DNA from: an uncultured candidate division Zixibacteria bacterium
GTDB lineage: Bacteria; Zixibacteria; MSB-5A5; RBG-16-43-9
Length of the DNA: 64,000 nucleotides
Assembly (NCBI GenBank): GCA_963713865.1
Contig: OY970208.1
Location: forward strand, 2,176,001 to 2,240,000
Direction: 5' to 3'
Within the stretch, counting starts at the first letter, position 1. Each line of letters opens with the position of its first letter. The translations under genes were made by a program, and so were the position numbers. The notes under the pieces were generated by a model. The model did no database searches and had not been told where the DNA came from. It saw only the letters and a list, made by a program, of their open reading frames with translations. Shown here piece by piece: positions 1 through 10,254 of the stretch.

Positions 1-387
1 TGAGAGTGCGCCAATATCTGCAGCATGGGAGCCAACCCAGACCAGATGAGATGCTATTCGAGTTAACTCAGTTAAAAGAACCCTTAGATATTGTGCCTTG
101 GGCGGAGCTTCGACATCCAGCAACTTCTCCACAGCTAAGACATAACCCAGGTTATTAGAAAGATTAGCCACATAGTCAGTCCGGTCAAAAAGGGTTATAG
201 CTTGAGAATAAGTTTTATATTCTGCCGTTTTCTCAATTCCGGTATGCAAATAACCAATGTCCGGGGTAGCTTTCACTACTGTCTCACCATCCAGCTCCAG
301 AACAACCCTCAACACTCCATGAGTAGCCGGGTGCTGAGGACCCATATTCAGAATCATCGTATCCTGTTTTTTCCTTTTTATCTGCAT
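1..387 (-). CDS. nuoD: NADH-quinone oxidoreductase subunit D, 5' part (runs off window)
   Basis: Not in ORF track. Manual translation from ATG at 387 gives [35 protein letters not shown], the NuoD signature; follows nuoABC. Confidence 0.95.
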   Translation of the reverse strand, partial: MQIKRKKQDTMILNMGPQHPATHGVLRVVLELDGETVVKATPDIGYLHTGIEKTAEYKTYSQAITLFDRTDYVANLSNNLGYVLAVEKLLDVEAPPKAQYLRVLLTELTRIASHLVWVGSHAADIGALS

Positions 388-441
388 AATTTTGCTGTTT
401 GTTTTTGCTGTTCGCCCTTTGCCTTTCGCTATTCGAGATTT

Positions 442-545
442 TGTCATTCTGAAGGAGTCCGCCTTCGGCGGGACGACTGAAGAATCTGTCGCATTTAACC
501 TTGAGAGAGATTCTTCGTCCGCATCTTGCGGGACTCAGAATAACA
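442..545. repeat. Palindromic intergenic element, TGTCATTCTGA...TCAGAATGACA family
   Basis: Terminal inverted repeats plus inner GAAGAATCT/AGATTCTTC arms; related copies at 2141-2217 and 41730-41830. Confidence 0.85.
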
Positions 546-596
546 ATTCATTATTCCTTTTTCATTTTCCTTCTTTCATCTTACGTCTTACTTTTT

Positions 597-1097
597 TTAT
601 TTTATGATTCTCGGAGGATTATCTTTATTATGGCTGAATGCAATCTCTTCAAAATTCAATGGATAATCTTTTCTTAAGGGATGCCCGACCCAGTCATCCG
701 GCATAAGGATCCTCTGCAAATCAGGGTGATTATCGAACTTCACCCCGAACATATCGTAAACCTCCCTCTCCAGCCAGTTAGCTGCTTTCCAGATAGGGGT
801 AACTGAATTAACCGATTCACCTCCAGATACTCTAATTTTCAGCCTTATTCTCCATCTGAAATGTAAGGAGTAAAGGTTATAGATGACCTCAAATCTTTTC
901 TCTCTTTGAGGATAATCCACTCCACAGATATCAGACAAGAAATCATATTTTAACTCTGGCTCATCTTTTAAAAATTTACAGACTAAAAGCAGGTCTTCTT
1001 TCTTAATTTGAATCGAAACCTGCCCTCTATATTCAGTTACATCCAAAATTGAGTTGGGGAAATTCTGTTTTATTTTTTTTAGAGTAAGGTTTTCCAT
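597..1097 (-). CDS. nuoC: NADH-quinone oxidoreductase subunit C
   Basis: ANWLEREVYDMFG, HPDLQRILMP, GHPLRKDYP motifs. Confidence 0.95.
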   Translation of the reverse strand: MENLTLKKIKQNFPNSILDVTEYRGQVSIQIKKEDLLLVCKFLKDEPELKYDFLSDICGVDYPQREKRFEVIYNLYSLHFRWRIRLKIRVSGGESVNSVTPIWKAANWLEREVYDMFGVKFDNHPDLQRILMPDDWVGHPLRKDYPLNFEEIAFSHNKDNPPRIIK

Positions 1098-1103
1098 ATT
1101 ATC

Positions 1104-1613
1104 TTATGCTTTCTCTTTGAAATAACCCTGTTTTTTGACCTTTTCGTGCAGTTTCATAATCCCGTCTAAAAGCTGTTCCGGCCGTGGAGGGCATCCTGGT
1201 ACATATATATCAACCGGTATTATTTTATCCACTCCCTGAACGATAGCATAGTTATTGAACACGCCACCGCAGGAAGCACAGGCACCCATAGCAATCACCC
1301 ATTTGGGCTCAGGCATCTGGTTATATAATTGTCTTATAATCGGAGCCATCTTCCTGGATACCCTGCCAGCTACGATCATTAAATCAGCCTGCCGGGGCGA
1401 GGACCTGAAAATCTCCATCCCGAATCGGCCTAAGTCATACCGGGAGGCTGCGGTACACATCATCTCAATTGCACAGCAGGCAAGTCCGAATCCTAAAGGC
1501 CACATCGAGGATTTCCTTGACCAGCCTACCAGGCTATCCAGGGTAGATAAGATAATCCCATGAGGTATATGTTCTTCCTTTCCAGGGTTAAGGACCTTAT
1601 CATCTACTCCCAT
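1104..1613 (-). CDS. nuoB: NADH-quinone oxidoreductase subunit B
   Basis: [30 protein letters not shown] motifs (N2 cluster). Confidence 0.97.
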   Translation of the reverse strand: MGVDDKVLNPGKEEHIPHGIILSTLDSLVGWSRKSSMWPLGFGLACCAIEMMCTAASRYDLGRFGMEIFRSSPRQADLMIVAGRVSRKMAPIIRQLYNQMPEPKWVIAMGACASCGGVFNNYAIVQGVDKIIPVDIYVPGCPPRPEQLLDGIMKLHEKVKKQGYFKEKA

Positions 1614-1960
1614 TTCAGTCCGCCTTTCTTGACTATATATATATAACCGATCAAAAGGACCAGTAAAAATATCCCCATTTCTATTAACCCGAAAATCTTT
1701 AACTCTTTGTAAATAACTGCCCAGGGGAATAAAAACGCAACCTCAACATCGAAAATTATAAAAAGAATAGCCACCATATAGAATTTAACCGGGAATCTCC
1801 CTCTGGCATCCTCTTCCGGGATATTTCCACATTCGTAAGGTAGAAGTTTTTCTTTGGAAGGCACCCTTTTCCCTATGAACCTTGAAAGAATAAGAATAGC
1901 CACCCCCACCCCCCCTACTATAACTATCAACAATGCTAAAGCGATATATGCGTTATACAT
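1604..1960 (-). CDS. nuoA: NADH-quinone oxidoreductase subunit A
   Basis: PYECG, FIIFDVE, FPWA, GGLKWE; three TM segments. Confidence 0.96.
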   Translation of the reverse strand: MYNAYIALALLIVIVGGVGVAILILSRFIGKRVPSKEKLLPYECGNIPEEDARGRFPVKFYMVAILFIIFDVEVAFLFPWAVIYKELKIFGLIEMGIFLLVLLIGYIYIVKKGGLKWE

Positions 1961-1981
1961 AACTAAGGGTTTACATATATA

Positions 1982-2008
1982 TAACTGACCATAATTACTG
2001 GTCAGTTA
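1982..2008. promoter_or_regulatory. Perfect inverted repeat between the nuoA promoter and start (candidate operator or leader hairpin)
   Basis: TAACTGACCA-N7-TGGTCAGTTA. Confidence 0.5.
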
Positions 2009-2019
2009 AGATTGTGAAG

Positions 2020-2048
2020 ATAATAACAAGTTAGTAAAAAGTTGTCAA
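2020..2048 (-). promoter_or_regulatory. Sigma70-type promoter of the nuo operon
   Basis: TTGACA-N17-TATTAT on the minus strand. Confidence 0.6.
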
Positions 2049-2140
2049 TACAAATTTTGGTTAAGAATGTCATCCAAAGTATGAAAGGATTTATTAAAAC
2101 CTCTTGACAAAAAAACGGAATTATAATAGTTTTCTTTTGT

Positions 2141-2217
2141 TGTCATTCTGAAGGAGTCTCCTACGGGGACAACTGAAGAATCTGTAGATTTTTCACCCCC
2201 CTTGGTTCAGAACAACA
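2141..2217. repeat. TGTCATTCTGA-family palindromic element (degenerate)
   Basis: tgtcattctgaaggagtc...gacaactgaagaatct...tcagaacaaca, matching 442-545. Confidence 0.8.
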
Positions 2218-2302
2218 AATCAGATGAAGGTATCTTCGGTAATCCGGGTTACCCTCAAGCTGGTTGATTCGAAAAGTTAACATCTTTACGCAGGAGAATA
2301 AA

Positions 2303-3766
2303 ATGGCTTTAAAAAACGCAGAAGAATACAAAGATAGTCTCAGGAAGATGAGACCCAACATCTACAAGTTCGGGGAATTGATTAAGGATGTAACCACCCA
2401 TAAAGCCACAAAAAACACCATCGAAGGTCATTCCCAGATCTTCTCTGCCCAGCACAACCCGGAATATGCAGATCTTGTTACCACAACCTCTCATTTAACC
2501 GGAGAAAAAATCTCCAGATATCTTTCTATCATTCAATCACCGGAAGATATGATAGCCAATTCAAAGATGAAAAGGCTCTTATTCCAGTTGACCGGCACCT
2601 GTACTGGAGGAAGATGTGTGGGCTGGAACTCAATCAATGCGATGTGGGCAACCACTTATGATCTAGATAAAGAGTATGGAACGAGCTATCATGAAAGACT
2701 GAAAAACTGGCTCATCTATGCTCAGAGAAACGACATTACCATAGCAGGAGCTTTAACTGACCCTAAAGGTGATCGAACCAAATCACCCACTCAGCAAAAA
2801 GACCCGGATATGAATTTACATATAGTCGAAGTAAAAGAAAATGGCATAATTGTTAGAGGAGCCAAAGTGATGATCTGTGGAGTTGCCGCCTCTAACGAGA
2901 TCTTCGTCCTGCCTGGCTCTGCCTATAAAGAAGAAGATAAAGACTATGCAGTCTCCTTTGTTATACCCAGAGATATAGAGGGATTAACCATAGTTGAGAC
3001 CAGAAGACCCAGCGATACCCGTGAAGAGGAAGAAGGTTTTGATATACCGGTTAAAAAAGGAGGTATTACTCAGGCTTATCTTTTCTTTGAAGATGTCTTT
3101 GTTCCTATGGAAAGAGTTTTTATGTTCCGTGAATATAAATATGCCTTAAGTGCGGTTTTAAATTTTATTATGCCTTATCGAGCTGCCATAGGTGGGTGCG
3201 TAGCTGGGCAGGGTGATGTAAAAATCGGTGCATCGATCTTAGTTGCCAGAGCCAATGGTCTCTCTTCTAAGCTTTTCAATGAAAAACTAACTAAAATGTA
3301 TATCAATAATGAGACCACCTTTGGAATGGGAATCGCTGCTGCAGTCCTGGGTAAAAAACATCCATCCGGAGTCTGGCAGCCGGATCCATTACTATCCAAT
3401 GTAAACAAAGTACACGTGGCGACATTACCCTATGAAACCTCTATATTAGCCCAGGACATAGCTGGCGGGATTGCAGAGACTGGCTGTATCCCTTCATGCA
3501 AAGATTTCTACGACCCTAAATACGGACACTTAGTCCAGAAATACCTCAAAGCATGCTCTTCCGCCGAATCCAGAGTAAAAGCCGCCAGATTAGTGGAATG
3601 GGCAACCATTGGTGCAGGGGTCCCTGGATGTATGCACGGAGGCGGCTCACCTGACGGTGCCAAATTAGTCATCCGGGCAAATGCTGACTTAGAAAAGAAA
3701 GTAGAAATCGCTAGAAGATTAGCTGGAATAGAAGAGGAAATCCCGGACCCGGAGAAAAGGAAATAA
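2303..3766 (+). CDS. 4-hydroxybutyryl-CoA dehydratase / HpaB-family FAD protein (divergent)
   Basis: GALTDPKGDR, IVRGAK, GTCTGGRCVG, GGCVAG, MHGGGSP motifs; AGGAG RBS before ATG 2303. Confidence 0.85.
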   Translation: MALKNAEEYKDSLRKMRPNIYKFGELIKDVTTHKATKNTIEGHSQIFSAQHNPEYADLVTTTSHLTGEKISRYLSIIQSPEDMIANSKMKRLLFQLTGTCTGGRCVGWNSINAMWATTYDLDKEYGTSYHERLKNWLIYAQRNDITIAGALTDPKGDRTKSPTQQKDPDMNLHIVEVKENGIIVRGAKVMICGVAASNEIFVLPGSAYKEEDKDYAVSFVIPRDIEGLTIVETRRPSDTREEEEGFDIPVKKGGITQAYLFFEDVFVPMERVFMFREYKYALSAVLNFIMPYRAAIGGCVAGQGDVKIGASILVARANGLSSKLFNEKLTKMYINNETTFGMGIAAAVLGKKHPSGVWQPDPLLSNVNKVHVATLPYETSILAQDIAGGIAETGCIPSCKDFYDPKYGHLVQKYLKACSSAESRVKAARLVEWATIGAGVPGCMHGGGSPDGAKLVIRANADLEKKVEIARRLAGIEEEIPDPEKRK

Positions 3767-3780
3767 AAGCTTGCCAACCC

Positions 3781-3874
3781 TGTCATTGCGAACCATAGGA
3801 GAAGCAATCCGTTTCTTCCTTAGTCAAAGGATTGCTTCGTCGTCTCGCCTTTGGAGGAACTCCTCGCAATGACA
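3781..3874. repeat. Palindromic element, TGTCATTGCGA...TCGCAATGACA family
   Basis: Terminal IRs plus GAAGCAATC/GATTGCTTC arms; copies at 8310-8383, 22846-22933, 28263-28367, 49202-49309. Confidence 0.88.
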
Positions 3875-4305
3875 AATATCCTCTGTTCTCTGTTGGTCTC
3901 CAGTCCCACTCCACCAAAGGCGGACAAATATGGAACCAAAAGAAAAAAAGAAACAAATCCAAAATTTCAACGTCTATAAGTATTAAAGATATGTGTAGAA
4001 TTATAAAACCACTTAACAGTCATAATCTTGACAAGAAGGAGGTGATAAATCAAAAAATAGTTAAGCCGGAAAATTGTGTATCTCCGAATATGATTCAGGC
4101 ATATCGCTGAATCAAGAGTATGTTCTGACCCGCTTCAGATATAAACGAGTTATTTGCTAGCTTTCTGAAAAACAACTGCAAGTTGAAACTTATTGCAGGA
4201 GCGAGGATTAGTTTTGTAATTACTACGGACTGTTAGTAGATGAATTGCATCTTAAAATGCGATTTACCTGTTTGAATGAAGTAAAATTTTAACTACCAAA
4301 AGGAA

Positions 4306-6210
4306 ATGACCATGAGACAAAAAAACCTAATTATTAGCTTTGGCTGGCTTATCTTGATCTGCTTGGTGAGCTCAATCACCTTTGCCCAGACGGCAAAACA
4401 AATCCCTATGCGGGACTTCTTTAAAAATCCGGAAAAAGCCTATTTCCAGATCTCCCCAGACGGAAATTATATCTCCTTTACCCAGCCGTACGAGAAGCGG
4501 ATGAATATTTTCGTTCAGGCTCGGGGCTCAAATGAGGCAAAAAGGATTACTTCCATAACTGACCGGGACCTGTCTGAATACTTCTGGAAAGGGAATGACC
4601 GGCTGCTCTACCTCAAAGATTTTGGCGGTGATGAAAATTTTCACTTGTTTGCAGTTGACAGAGAGGGTAAAGATACCAAAGACCTCACCCCTTTTGACAG
4701 TGTACAGGTAAGGCTCATCGACGACCTGAAGGACCACGACACAGATGTCATTATCGGTATGAATAAACGGAATCGGGAAATTTTCGATGCCTACAGGCTG
4801 AATACTGCCACTGGAGAGCTTACCTTTGTGGCAGAAAACCCCGGTAATATCACCGGGTGGGTAACAGATCATGACGGCAGAATCAGGGTTGCTATAACCA
4901 CAGACGGGGTTAATACCAGTCTCCTCTACCGGGAAAATGAAAAAGATAGTTTCAAGGTAATACTTACCACTAACTTCAAAGAGAGCTTCAGCCCCCTGTT
5001 TTTTACCTTCGACAATAAGAATTTATATGCTGCCTCCAATCTTGGACGGGACAAAGTCGCCATTGTAAAGTTTGATCTGGCAAGCGCCAGGGAAATCGAA
5101 TTAATCTACGAGAATCCGGAGGTAGATGTCGATGGTATGACTTATTCCAGACTGCGAAAAGTGCCAACCGTGATCTCCTATACCACCTGGAAGACCGAAA
5201 GAAAATTCTTGGATAAAGAGACCGAAGATCTTTATAAGAAACTGCAGAAACAACTTCCCGGATACGAGGTTTACATCACCTTTAACAACAAAAACGAGGA
5301 TGTCTTCACTGTTCGAACAATTAGCGACCGCACCCTGGGATCATACTATATTTATGATAAAAGCACAGATAAATTAACCAAGCTGGCAGATAGGAATCCC
5401 TGGTTAAACGAAAATGATTTAGCCGAAATGAAACCGATTTCCTACAAATCCAGAGATGGTCTGACCATTGACGGGTACTTAACTCTCCCCAAAGGCAAAG
5501 GTCAAAAAAATCTGCCTGTGGTGGTCAATCCTCATGGTGGTCCCTGGGCAAGGGATATCTGGGGTTTCAACCCTGAAGTCCAGTTTCTGGCTAACCGGGG
5601 GTATGCGGTACTGCAGATGAATTTCAGAGGCTCAACCGGGTATGGGAAAAAATTCTGGGAAACATCGTTCAAACAGTGGGGCAAAACGATGCAGGATGAC
5701 ATATCAGACGGCGCAAAGTGGCTGATCGATCAGGGAATTGCAGACCCTAAGCGTATAGCCATTTACGGTGGCAGTTACGGCGGCTATGCCACACTCGCCG
5801 GGCTTGCCTTTACTCCGGATCTCTATGCCTGTGGAGTTGACTATGTTGGCGTTTCTAATATGTTCACCTTTATGAAATCAATCCCTCCCTACTGGAAACC
5901 CTATCTTGATATGTTCCATGAGATGGTCGGCGATCCCTCAAAAGATAGCCTGTTATTTGTATCAGTTTCACCAGTCTTTCATGTGGATAAAATTAAGGCA
6001 CCTCTTCTGGTTGCTCAGGGAGCAAAAGATCCTCGCGTGAACCTCAATGAATCCAATCAGATAGTCGAGGCTCTTAAAAAAAGAGGCATTGATGTCCCAT
6101 ATCTGGTCAAGGATAACGAGGGTCACGGGTTCGCTAATGAAGAAAACAGATTCGACTTCTACGAAGCGATGGAGAAATTCTTAGCTAAGCATTTACTGAA
6201 TCAAGAATGA
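4306..6210 (+). CDS. Secreted S9-family serine peptidase (acylaminoacyl/dipeptidyl peptidase-like)
   Basis: Signal peptide; HGGP, GGSYGG (Ser), KDPRV (Asp), EGHGF (His). Confidence 0.93.
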   Translation: MTMRQKNLIISFGWLILICLVSSITFAQTAKQIPMRDFFKNPEKAYFQISPDGNYISFTQPYEKRMNIFVQARGSNEAKRITSITDRDLSEYFWKGNDRLLYLKDFGGDENFHLFAVDREGKDTKDLTPFDSVQVRLIDDLKDHDTDVIIGMNKRNREIFDAYRLNTATGELTFVAENPGNITGWVTDHDGRIRVAITTDGVNTSLLYRENEKDSFKVILTTNFKESFSPLFFTFDNKNLYAASNLGRDKVAIVKFDLASAREIELIYENPEVDVDGMTYSRLRKVPTVISYTTWKTERKFLDKETEDLYKKLQKQLPGYEVYITFNNKNEDVFTVRTISDRTLGSYYIYDKSTDKLTKLADRNPWLNENDLAEMKPISYKSRDGLTIDGYLTLPKGKGQKNLPVVVNPHGGPWARDIWGFNPEVQFLANRGYAVLQMNFRGSTGYGKKFWETSFKQWGKTMQDDISDGAKWLIDQGIADPKRIAIYGGSYGGYATLAGLAFTPDLYACGVDYVGVSNMFTFMKSIPPYWKPYLDMFHEMVGDPSKDSLLFVSVSPVFHVDKIKAPLLVAQGAKDPRVNLNESNQIVEALKKRGIDVPYLVKDNEGHGFANEENRFDFYEAMEKFLAKHLLNQE

Positions 6211-6232
6211 AATTTATCTGACCTACTCTGTT

Positions 6233-6257
6233 CGGGCGGGAGTAAAACTCCCGCCCG
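6233..6257 (+). terminator. GC-rich hairpin after the peptidase gene (possible terminator)
   Basis: CGGGCGGGAGT-AAA-ACTCCCGCCCG; no clear U-tract. Confidence 0.45.
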
Positions 6258-6422
6258 TAAATATTAATGTAAGTCAAGTATATCCTCTGAATTGCTTGAC
6301 AAAAATAGTAAATCCATGTTACCTTTGATCTGGATATGAAAATGAAATGTCCGACTCCCCGCCAAAGGCGAGGTCGGACCCTATGAAAAACTTATGAATT
6401 CATTTATCTGTAAACATGGAAC

Positions 6423-7307
6423 TTGATGACCAGAGAGCTTAAAGGTTATTTCTTCATCCTTCTAGGTGCAACTCTCTTAGGAAGCATCGGAGTTTTAGGC
6501 AGAGCAATCTATCAATATGAGCCTGACCCGATAAAAGTAGTAACTTACAGGGGAATCATCGCTGCTATATTGCTAATCGGAGCTCTTGCCATATTCAGTC
6601 CCGAAAAACTCAAACTCAAATTAAAAGACCTCTCCTTCTTTGCGATCTACGGATTTTTAAGCGTTACCATGACTTTTATCTTATTCTTTTATGCCATAAA
6701 ATATACCACTGTAGCTATGGCAACGATTTTAATCTACACCTATCCTGCCTGGGTGCTACTGTTCTCTTTGCTAATTTTAAATGAAAAGTTAGATAAACAA
6801 AAAATTACAGCACTACTTTTAACCTTTTCAGGATGTTTACTGGTGGTGCAAATATATAATCCTTCAGTCTTGAAATTTAATCTAAAAGGGATTATCTATG
6901 GTCTGTTTTGCAGTTTGGGAGCCGCTTCTTATACCCTCTTTGGCAAAAAGGCTACTTTTAAATACGATTCCTGGACCGTGGTTTCTTATGCCTTAGGTTT
7001 TGGAGCTTTATTCCTATTATTTTTTCGAGGACCTTATACTCTTTTAAATTTTAATTATCCTGTATCTGCCTGGATTTTTATTTTCACCTTAGCGATAGTC
7101 CCGACCCTCTTAGGATATTCTTTTTATACCAAAGGATTGAAGTATTTGGAAGCAAGCCACGCAGGAATAGTTGCCACCTGGGAGGTAGTGGTCGCAACTG
7201 TTTTAGCCTTCATCATTTTTGAAGAGAAATTATCTCTAATCCAGATATTAGGAGCAGTCTTGATTTTCTGGGGAATTTTTATTATAAAGAAACGTAGAGG
7301 CGTATAG
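6423..7307 (+). CDS. EamA/DMT-family transporter
   Basis: About 10 TM segments in two repeats; ending in FEEKLS...GAVLI. Confidence 0.9.
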   Translation: MMTRELKGYFFILLGATLLGSIGVLGRAIYQYEPDPIKVVTYRGIIAAILLIGALAIFSPEKLKLKLKDLSFFAIYGFLSVTMTFILFFYAIKYTTVAMATILIYTYPAWVLLFSLLILNEKLDKQKITALLLTFSGCLLVVQIYNPSVLKFNLKGIIYGLFCSLGAASYTLFGKKATFKYDSWTVVSYALGFGALFLLFFRGPYTLLNFNYPVSAWIFIFTLAIVPTLLGYSFYTKGLKYLEASHAGIVATWEVVVATVLAFIIFEEKLSLIQILGAVLIFWGIFIIKKRRGV

Positions 7308-7430
7308 AATGCGTCTCCATATTCTGTAGGGGCGGGACTTGAACTCCTGCTCCAACGACCAGCCAGGAGAAATGTAGGGACAGAACATTGTTCTGTCCTC
7401 TCGTTGCGTGTAGGAATTCCAATTCCCGCA
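7297..7430. repeat. Cluster of GTAG-type REP hairpins
   Basis: GTAGGGGCGGG..., GTAGGGACAGAACATTGTTCTGTCC, GTAGGAATTCCAATTCC; the ACAGAACA/TGTTCTGT hairpin recurs at 46153-46178 and 55726-55751. Confidence 0.75.
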
Positions 7431-7443
7431 CAAACAAAAAAAT

Positions 7444-8277
7444 ATGAACAAAATTTACAAAGAAATTCAAAATTTAAAAAGACAATTTTCTTTATCCTCA
7501 ACTGAAGCAAAAGAATACTATAGTATCATCCAGCAGAAATTAGAGAAAGAAACCTCGGTAGTTAAAAAATTAAATCTCCTCAAGGGAAACATTATTTTGG
7601 AATGCTCAACCGGGTCGGGAAACTTCACCCGAAAGCTCTTGGATAAAATCTTGAAACCTGATCAGACTCTTTACACTATCGATTCTTCTCCGGAGATGAT
7701 AAAAAAAATCAGCTCCAGTATCAAAAGAAAAAATCTTCATCCTCAAGTAGCCGAACTGTGGAAACTCCCTTTCCCTGATAACCATTTTGATGCCCTCGTT
7801 TCACATTATACCCTTCACGGCCTTCGTTCCAAAAACCGGGATTTCCTGAAACCTATTAAGGAGATGGTCAGGGTATTAAAACCCGGAGCTCCATTTGTAG
7901 CTATGACTTTTTATTATGCTAAGGGGAAGAATTTGCCAGCTTATTTTTATCACCGCTTAATTCAACTAAATTATCTGGATAAAAAGATGAATTTCTTTGG
8001 TCTTCAGAAACCGGAAATTTATAAAAAGCTTCTAAGGAAAGCTGGATTAAGACAGATTAAATCTAAGGTGATAAATTACGATTCTATTAAATTTCCAGAA
8101 GAACTTAGAAATAAACTCTGGGATGCTCGATTAAAAGAAGAAAAAAGGTTGATTAAAAAAATTAAATCGTCTAAACTAAAAAGGGAAGCTCAAAAAGTTT
8201 TAAAGAGTTTTGAGGATAAACCAGAATTAAAAAAACAGAAAATAGGACCGACCCTTTTATTATGGGGTAAAAAGTAA
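7444..8277 (+). CDS. Class I SAM-dependent methyltransferase
   Basis: LECSTGSG (motif I-like), IDSSPEM, LPFPDNHFD, RVLKPG. Confidence 0.85.
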   Translation: MNKIYKEIQNLKRQFSLSSTEAKEYYSIIQQKLEKETSVVKKLNLLKGNIILECSTGSGNFTRKLLDKILKPDQTLYTIDSSPEMIKKISSSIKRKNLHPQVAELWKLPFPDNHFDALVSHYTLHGLRSKNRDFLKPIKEMVRVLKPGAPFVAMTFYYAKGKNLPAYFYHRLIQLNYLDKKMNFFGLQKPEIYKKLLRKAGLRQIKSKVINYDSIKFPEELRNKLWDARLKEEKRLIKKIKSSKLKREAQKVLKSFEDKPELKKQKIGPTLLLWGKK

Positions 8278-8309
8278 GGGGCACAGCGTGCTGTGCCCTT
8301 GTCAAGAAC

Positions 8310-8383
8310 TGTCATTGCGAGACGAAGGCGAAGTCCCGCCAAAGGCGGGACTTCGTCGTCCAAATGGACTCCTCGCAAAGACA
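8310..8383. repeat. TGTCATTGCGA-family element carrying a CCGCCAAAGGCGG mini-palindrome
   Basis: tgtcattgcga...gaagtcccgccaaaggcgggacttcgtcg...ctcgcaaagaca. Confidence 0.8.
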
Positions 8384-8393
8384 CTTAATAATT

Positions 8394-9641
8394 TCACCCC
8401 ATATTCTCAATAATCGCAGTGCCGAACTCCGAGGTTTTTAGCTTAGTAGCACCTTCCATCAACCTTTCCAAGTCATAGGTAACTCTCTTCTGTTTTATCG
8501 TCTCCTGAATACCTTTATAGATTTTCTCAGCTGCTTCTTTCCAGCCAAGATATTCCAACATCATACAACCGGATAAAATCACCGAGCTGGGATTGATCAT
8601 ATCTTTATCTGTATATTTAGGTGCGGTCCCATGGGTGGCTTCAAACAGAGCTATAAAATCACCGATATTTCCACCGGGTGCCATTCCTAAGCCACCTATC
8701 TGAGCGGCACAGGCATCAGAAAGATAATCCCCATTCAGGTTAGGAGTGGCCACAACTTCATATTCATTTGCCCGGGTCAATATCTGCTGAAGCATACTAT
8801 CTGCAATCCGGTCTTTGATCACGACTTTACCTGCTGGAACCTGCCAGTTATAATCCTTTTCCAGCTCAGCTTCAGTTATAATCTTATCCCTGAATTCTTT
8901 TAAGGCTAACTCATAACCCCATTCCCGGAATGCACCTTCGGTATATTTCATAATATTACCCTTATGCACCAGGGTAACCGACTTGCGATTATTCTCTATA
9001 GCATGTTTTATCGCTTTCCGGACTAATCTTTTGGTTCCGGTAACGCTAATCGGTTTTATACCTATACCTGAATCTGACCGGATTTTGGTTTTCATGGTTT
9101 TATTTAAAAAACTGATCACTTTCTTTACCTCTTTGGAACCTTTGCGCCACTCGATTCCAGCATAGACATCCTCGGTATTCTCCCTGAAAATGATTATATT
9201 CATATGCTCTGGATGCTTAACCGGTGAGGGAACACCTTCGAAATATCTAACCGGACGAACACAGGCATAAAGGTTTAACAGCTGCCTTAAGGATACATTC
9301 AGGCTCCTGAATCCTCCACCAATAGGAGTAGTCAAAGGACCTTTTAAAGCTACAATATAATACTTTATCGCATTCAAAGTATCTTTAGGCAGAAGCTCGC
9401 CATACTTCTCCTGAGCTTTTTCACCTGCATAGACATCGAACCAGACGATCTTCCTTTTTCCGCCAAAAGTTTTTTCTACCGCAGAATCCAGAACACGACG
9501 GGATGCCTTCATAATATCCCTACCCACCCCATCCCCTTCAATCACCGGGATAATCGGGTTATCCGGCACCTGGAGTTTATCTTTAACGATCTCTATCTTC
9601 TTACCCTCTGCGGGCGGGGTAATCTTGTTGAACTTAAACAT
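8394..9641 (-). CDS. icd: Isocitrate dehydrogenase (prokaryotic NADP-type)
   Basis: [54 protein letters not shown]. Confidence 0.96.
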   Translation of the reverse strand: MFKFNKITPPAEGKKIEIVKDKLQVPDNPIIPVIEGDGVGRDIMKASRRVLDSAVEKTFGGKRKIVWFDVYAGEKAQEKYGELLPKDTLNAIKYYIVALKGPLTTPIGGGFRSLNVSLRQLLNLYACVRPVRYFEGVPSPVKHPEHMNIIIFRENTEDVYAGIEWRKGSKEVKKVISFLNKTMKTKIRSDSGIGIKPISVTGTKRLVRKAIKHAIENNRKSVTLVHKGNIMKYTEGAFREWGYELALKEFRDKIITEAELEKDYNWQVPAGKVVIKDRIADSMLQQILTRANEYEVVATPNLNGDYLSDACAAQIGGLGMAPGGNIGDFIALFEATHGTAPKYTDKDMINPSSVILSGCMMLEYLGWKEAAEKIYKGIQETIKQKRVTYDLERLMEGATKLKTSEFGTAIIENMG

Positions 9642-9675
9642 CCTTACTCCTTTCTTTCTTTTTGAAAGTTATTCT

Positions 9676-10176
9676 TTAATCTATTTTGAAATCGCCGTGT
9701 TTCTGAATATGATCAATTAACCCGCCATCGTTCAAGATATTGATCATCGCCTTGGGCAGAGGAGCGAAATTCAGAACAACCCCATTGGTCAAATCTTTTA
9801 TCACTCCTTTTTCTAAATCAATTTCTAGCTCATCACCTGAAGAAATTTTATCCGTGTCGCAGATCATAACCGGCAAACCCACATTAATAGCATTCCGGTA
9901 AAAAATACGGGCAAAAGATTTGGCTAAAACTGCAGAGACTCCAGCCAGTTTGATAATCGTGGGGGCATGCTCTCTGGATGAGCCGCATCCAAAATTCTCA
10001 CCTCCAACTACAAAATCACCTTTCTGGACTTTGGTAGCAAAAGATGTATCTGCATCCTCCAAGACATGCTTAGCCATCTCCGGAAGATTGGAGCGCAGGT
10101 GAAAATATCTGCCTGGAGCAATTAAATCTGTGGAAATATCATCCCCGAATTTAAAGACTTTTCCTTTTAAAATCAT
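9676..10176 (-). CDS. 3-isopropylmalate dehydratase/homoaconitase small-subunit family
   Basis: DDISTDLIAPGRY, GENFGCGSSREHA, SFARIFYRNAIN; start at ATG 10176 after GAGG. Confidence 0.92.
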   Translation of the reverse strand: MILKGKVFKFGDDISTDLIAPGRYFHLRSNLPEMAKHVLEDADTSFATKVQKGDFVVGGENFGCGSSREHAPTIIKLAGVSAVLAKSFARIFYRNAINVGLPVMICDTDKISSGDELEIDLEKGVIKDLTNGVVLNFAPLPKAMINILNDGGLIDHIQKHGDFKID

Positions 10177-10192
10177 AAATTCCTCTTTTTTG

Positions 10193-10252
10193 GTAGGGGC
10201 GTATGCAATACACACCTACATTTTCTCGGAGACGCATGCGATGCGTCTCTAC
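10193..10252. repeat. Two REP hairpins between the large- and small-subunit genes
   Basis: GTAGGGGCGTAT...ACCTAC and GAGACGCAT-GCG-ATGCGTCTCTAC; the latter recurs at 18142, 40102, 55641. Confidence 0.8.
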
Positions 10253-10254
10253 GT

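Noticed and set aside
392-607. Short ORFs across repeat-filled spacers (also 2161-2361, 8190-8384, 22889-23188, 31340-31534, 44842-45027, 55620-55844)
   Set aside because: They translate palindromic repeats (SAFGG, PPLAG, PPKAD) and lack RBS or family motifs.
3832-4110. 92-aa ORF and possible ncRNA upstream of the S9 peptidase
   Set aside because: The ORF starts inside a repeat and has no motif; I recognised no RNA family in 4021-4300.
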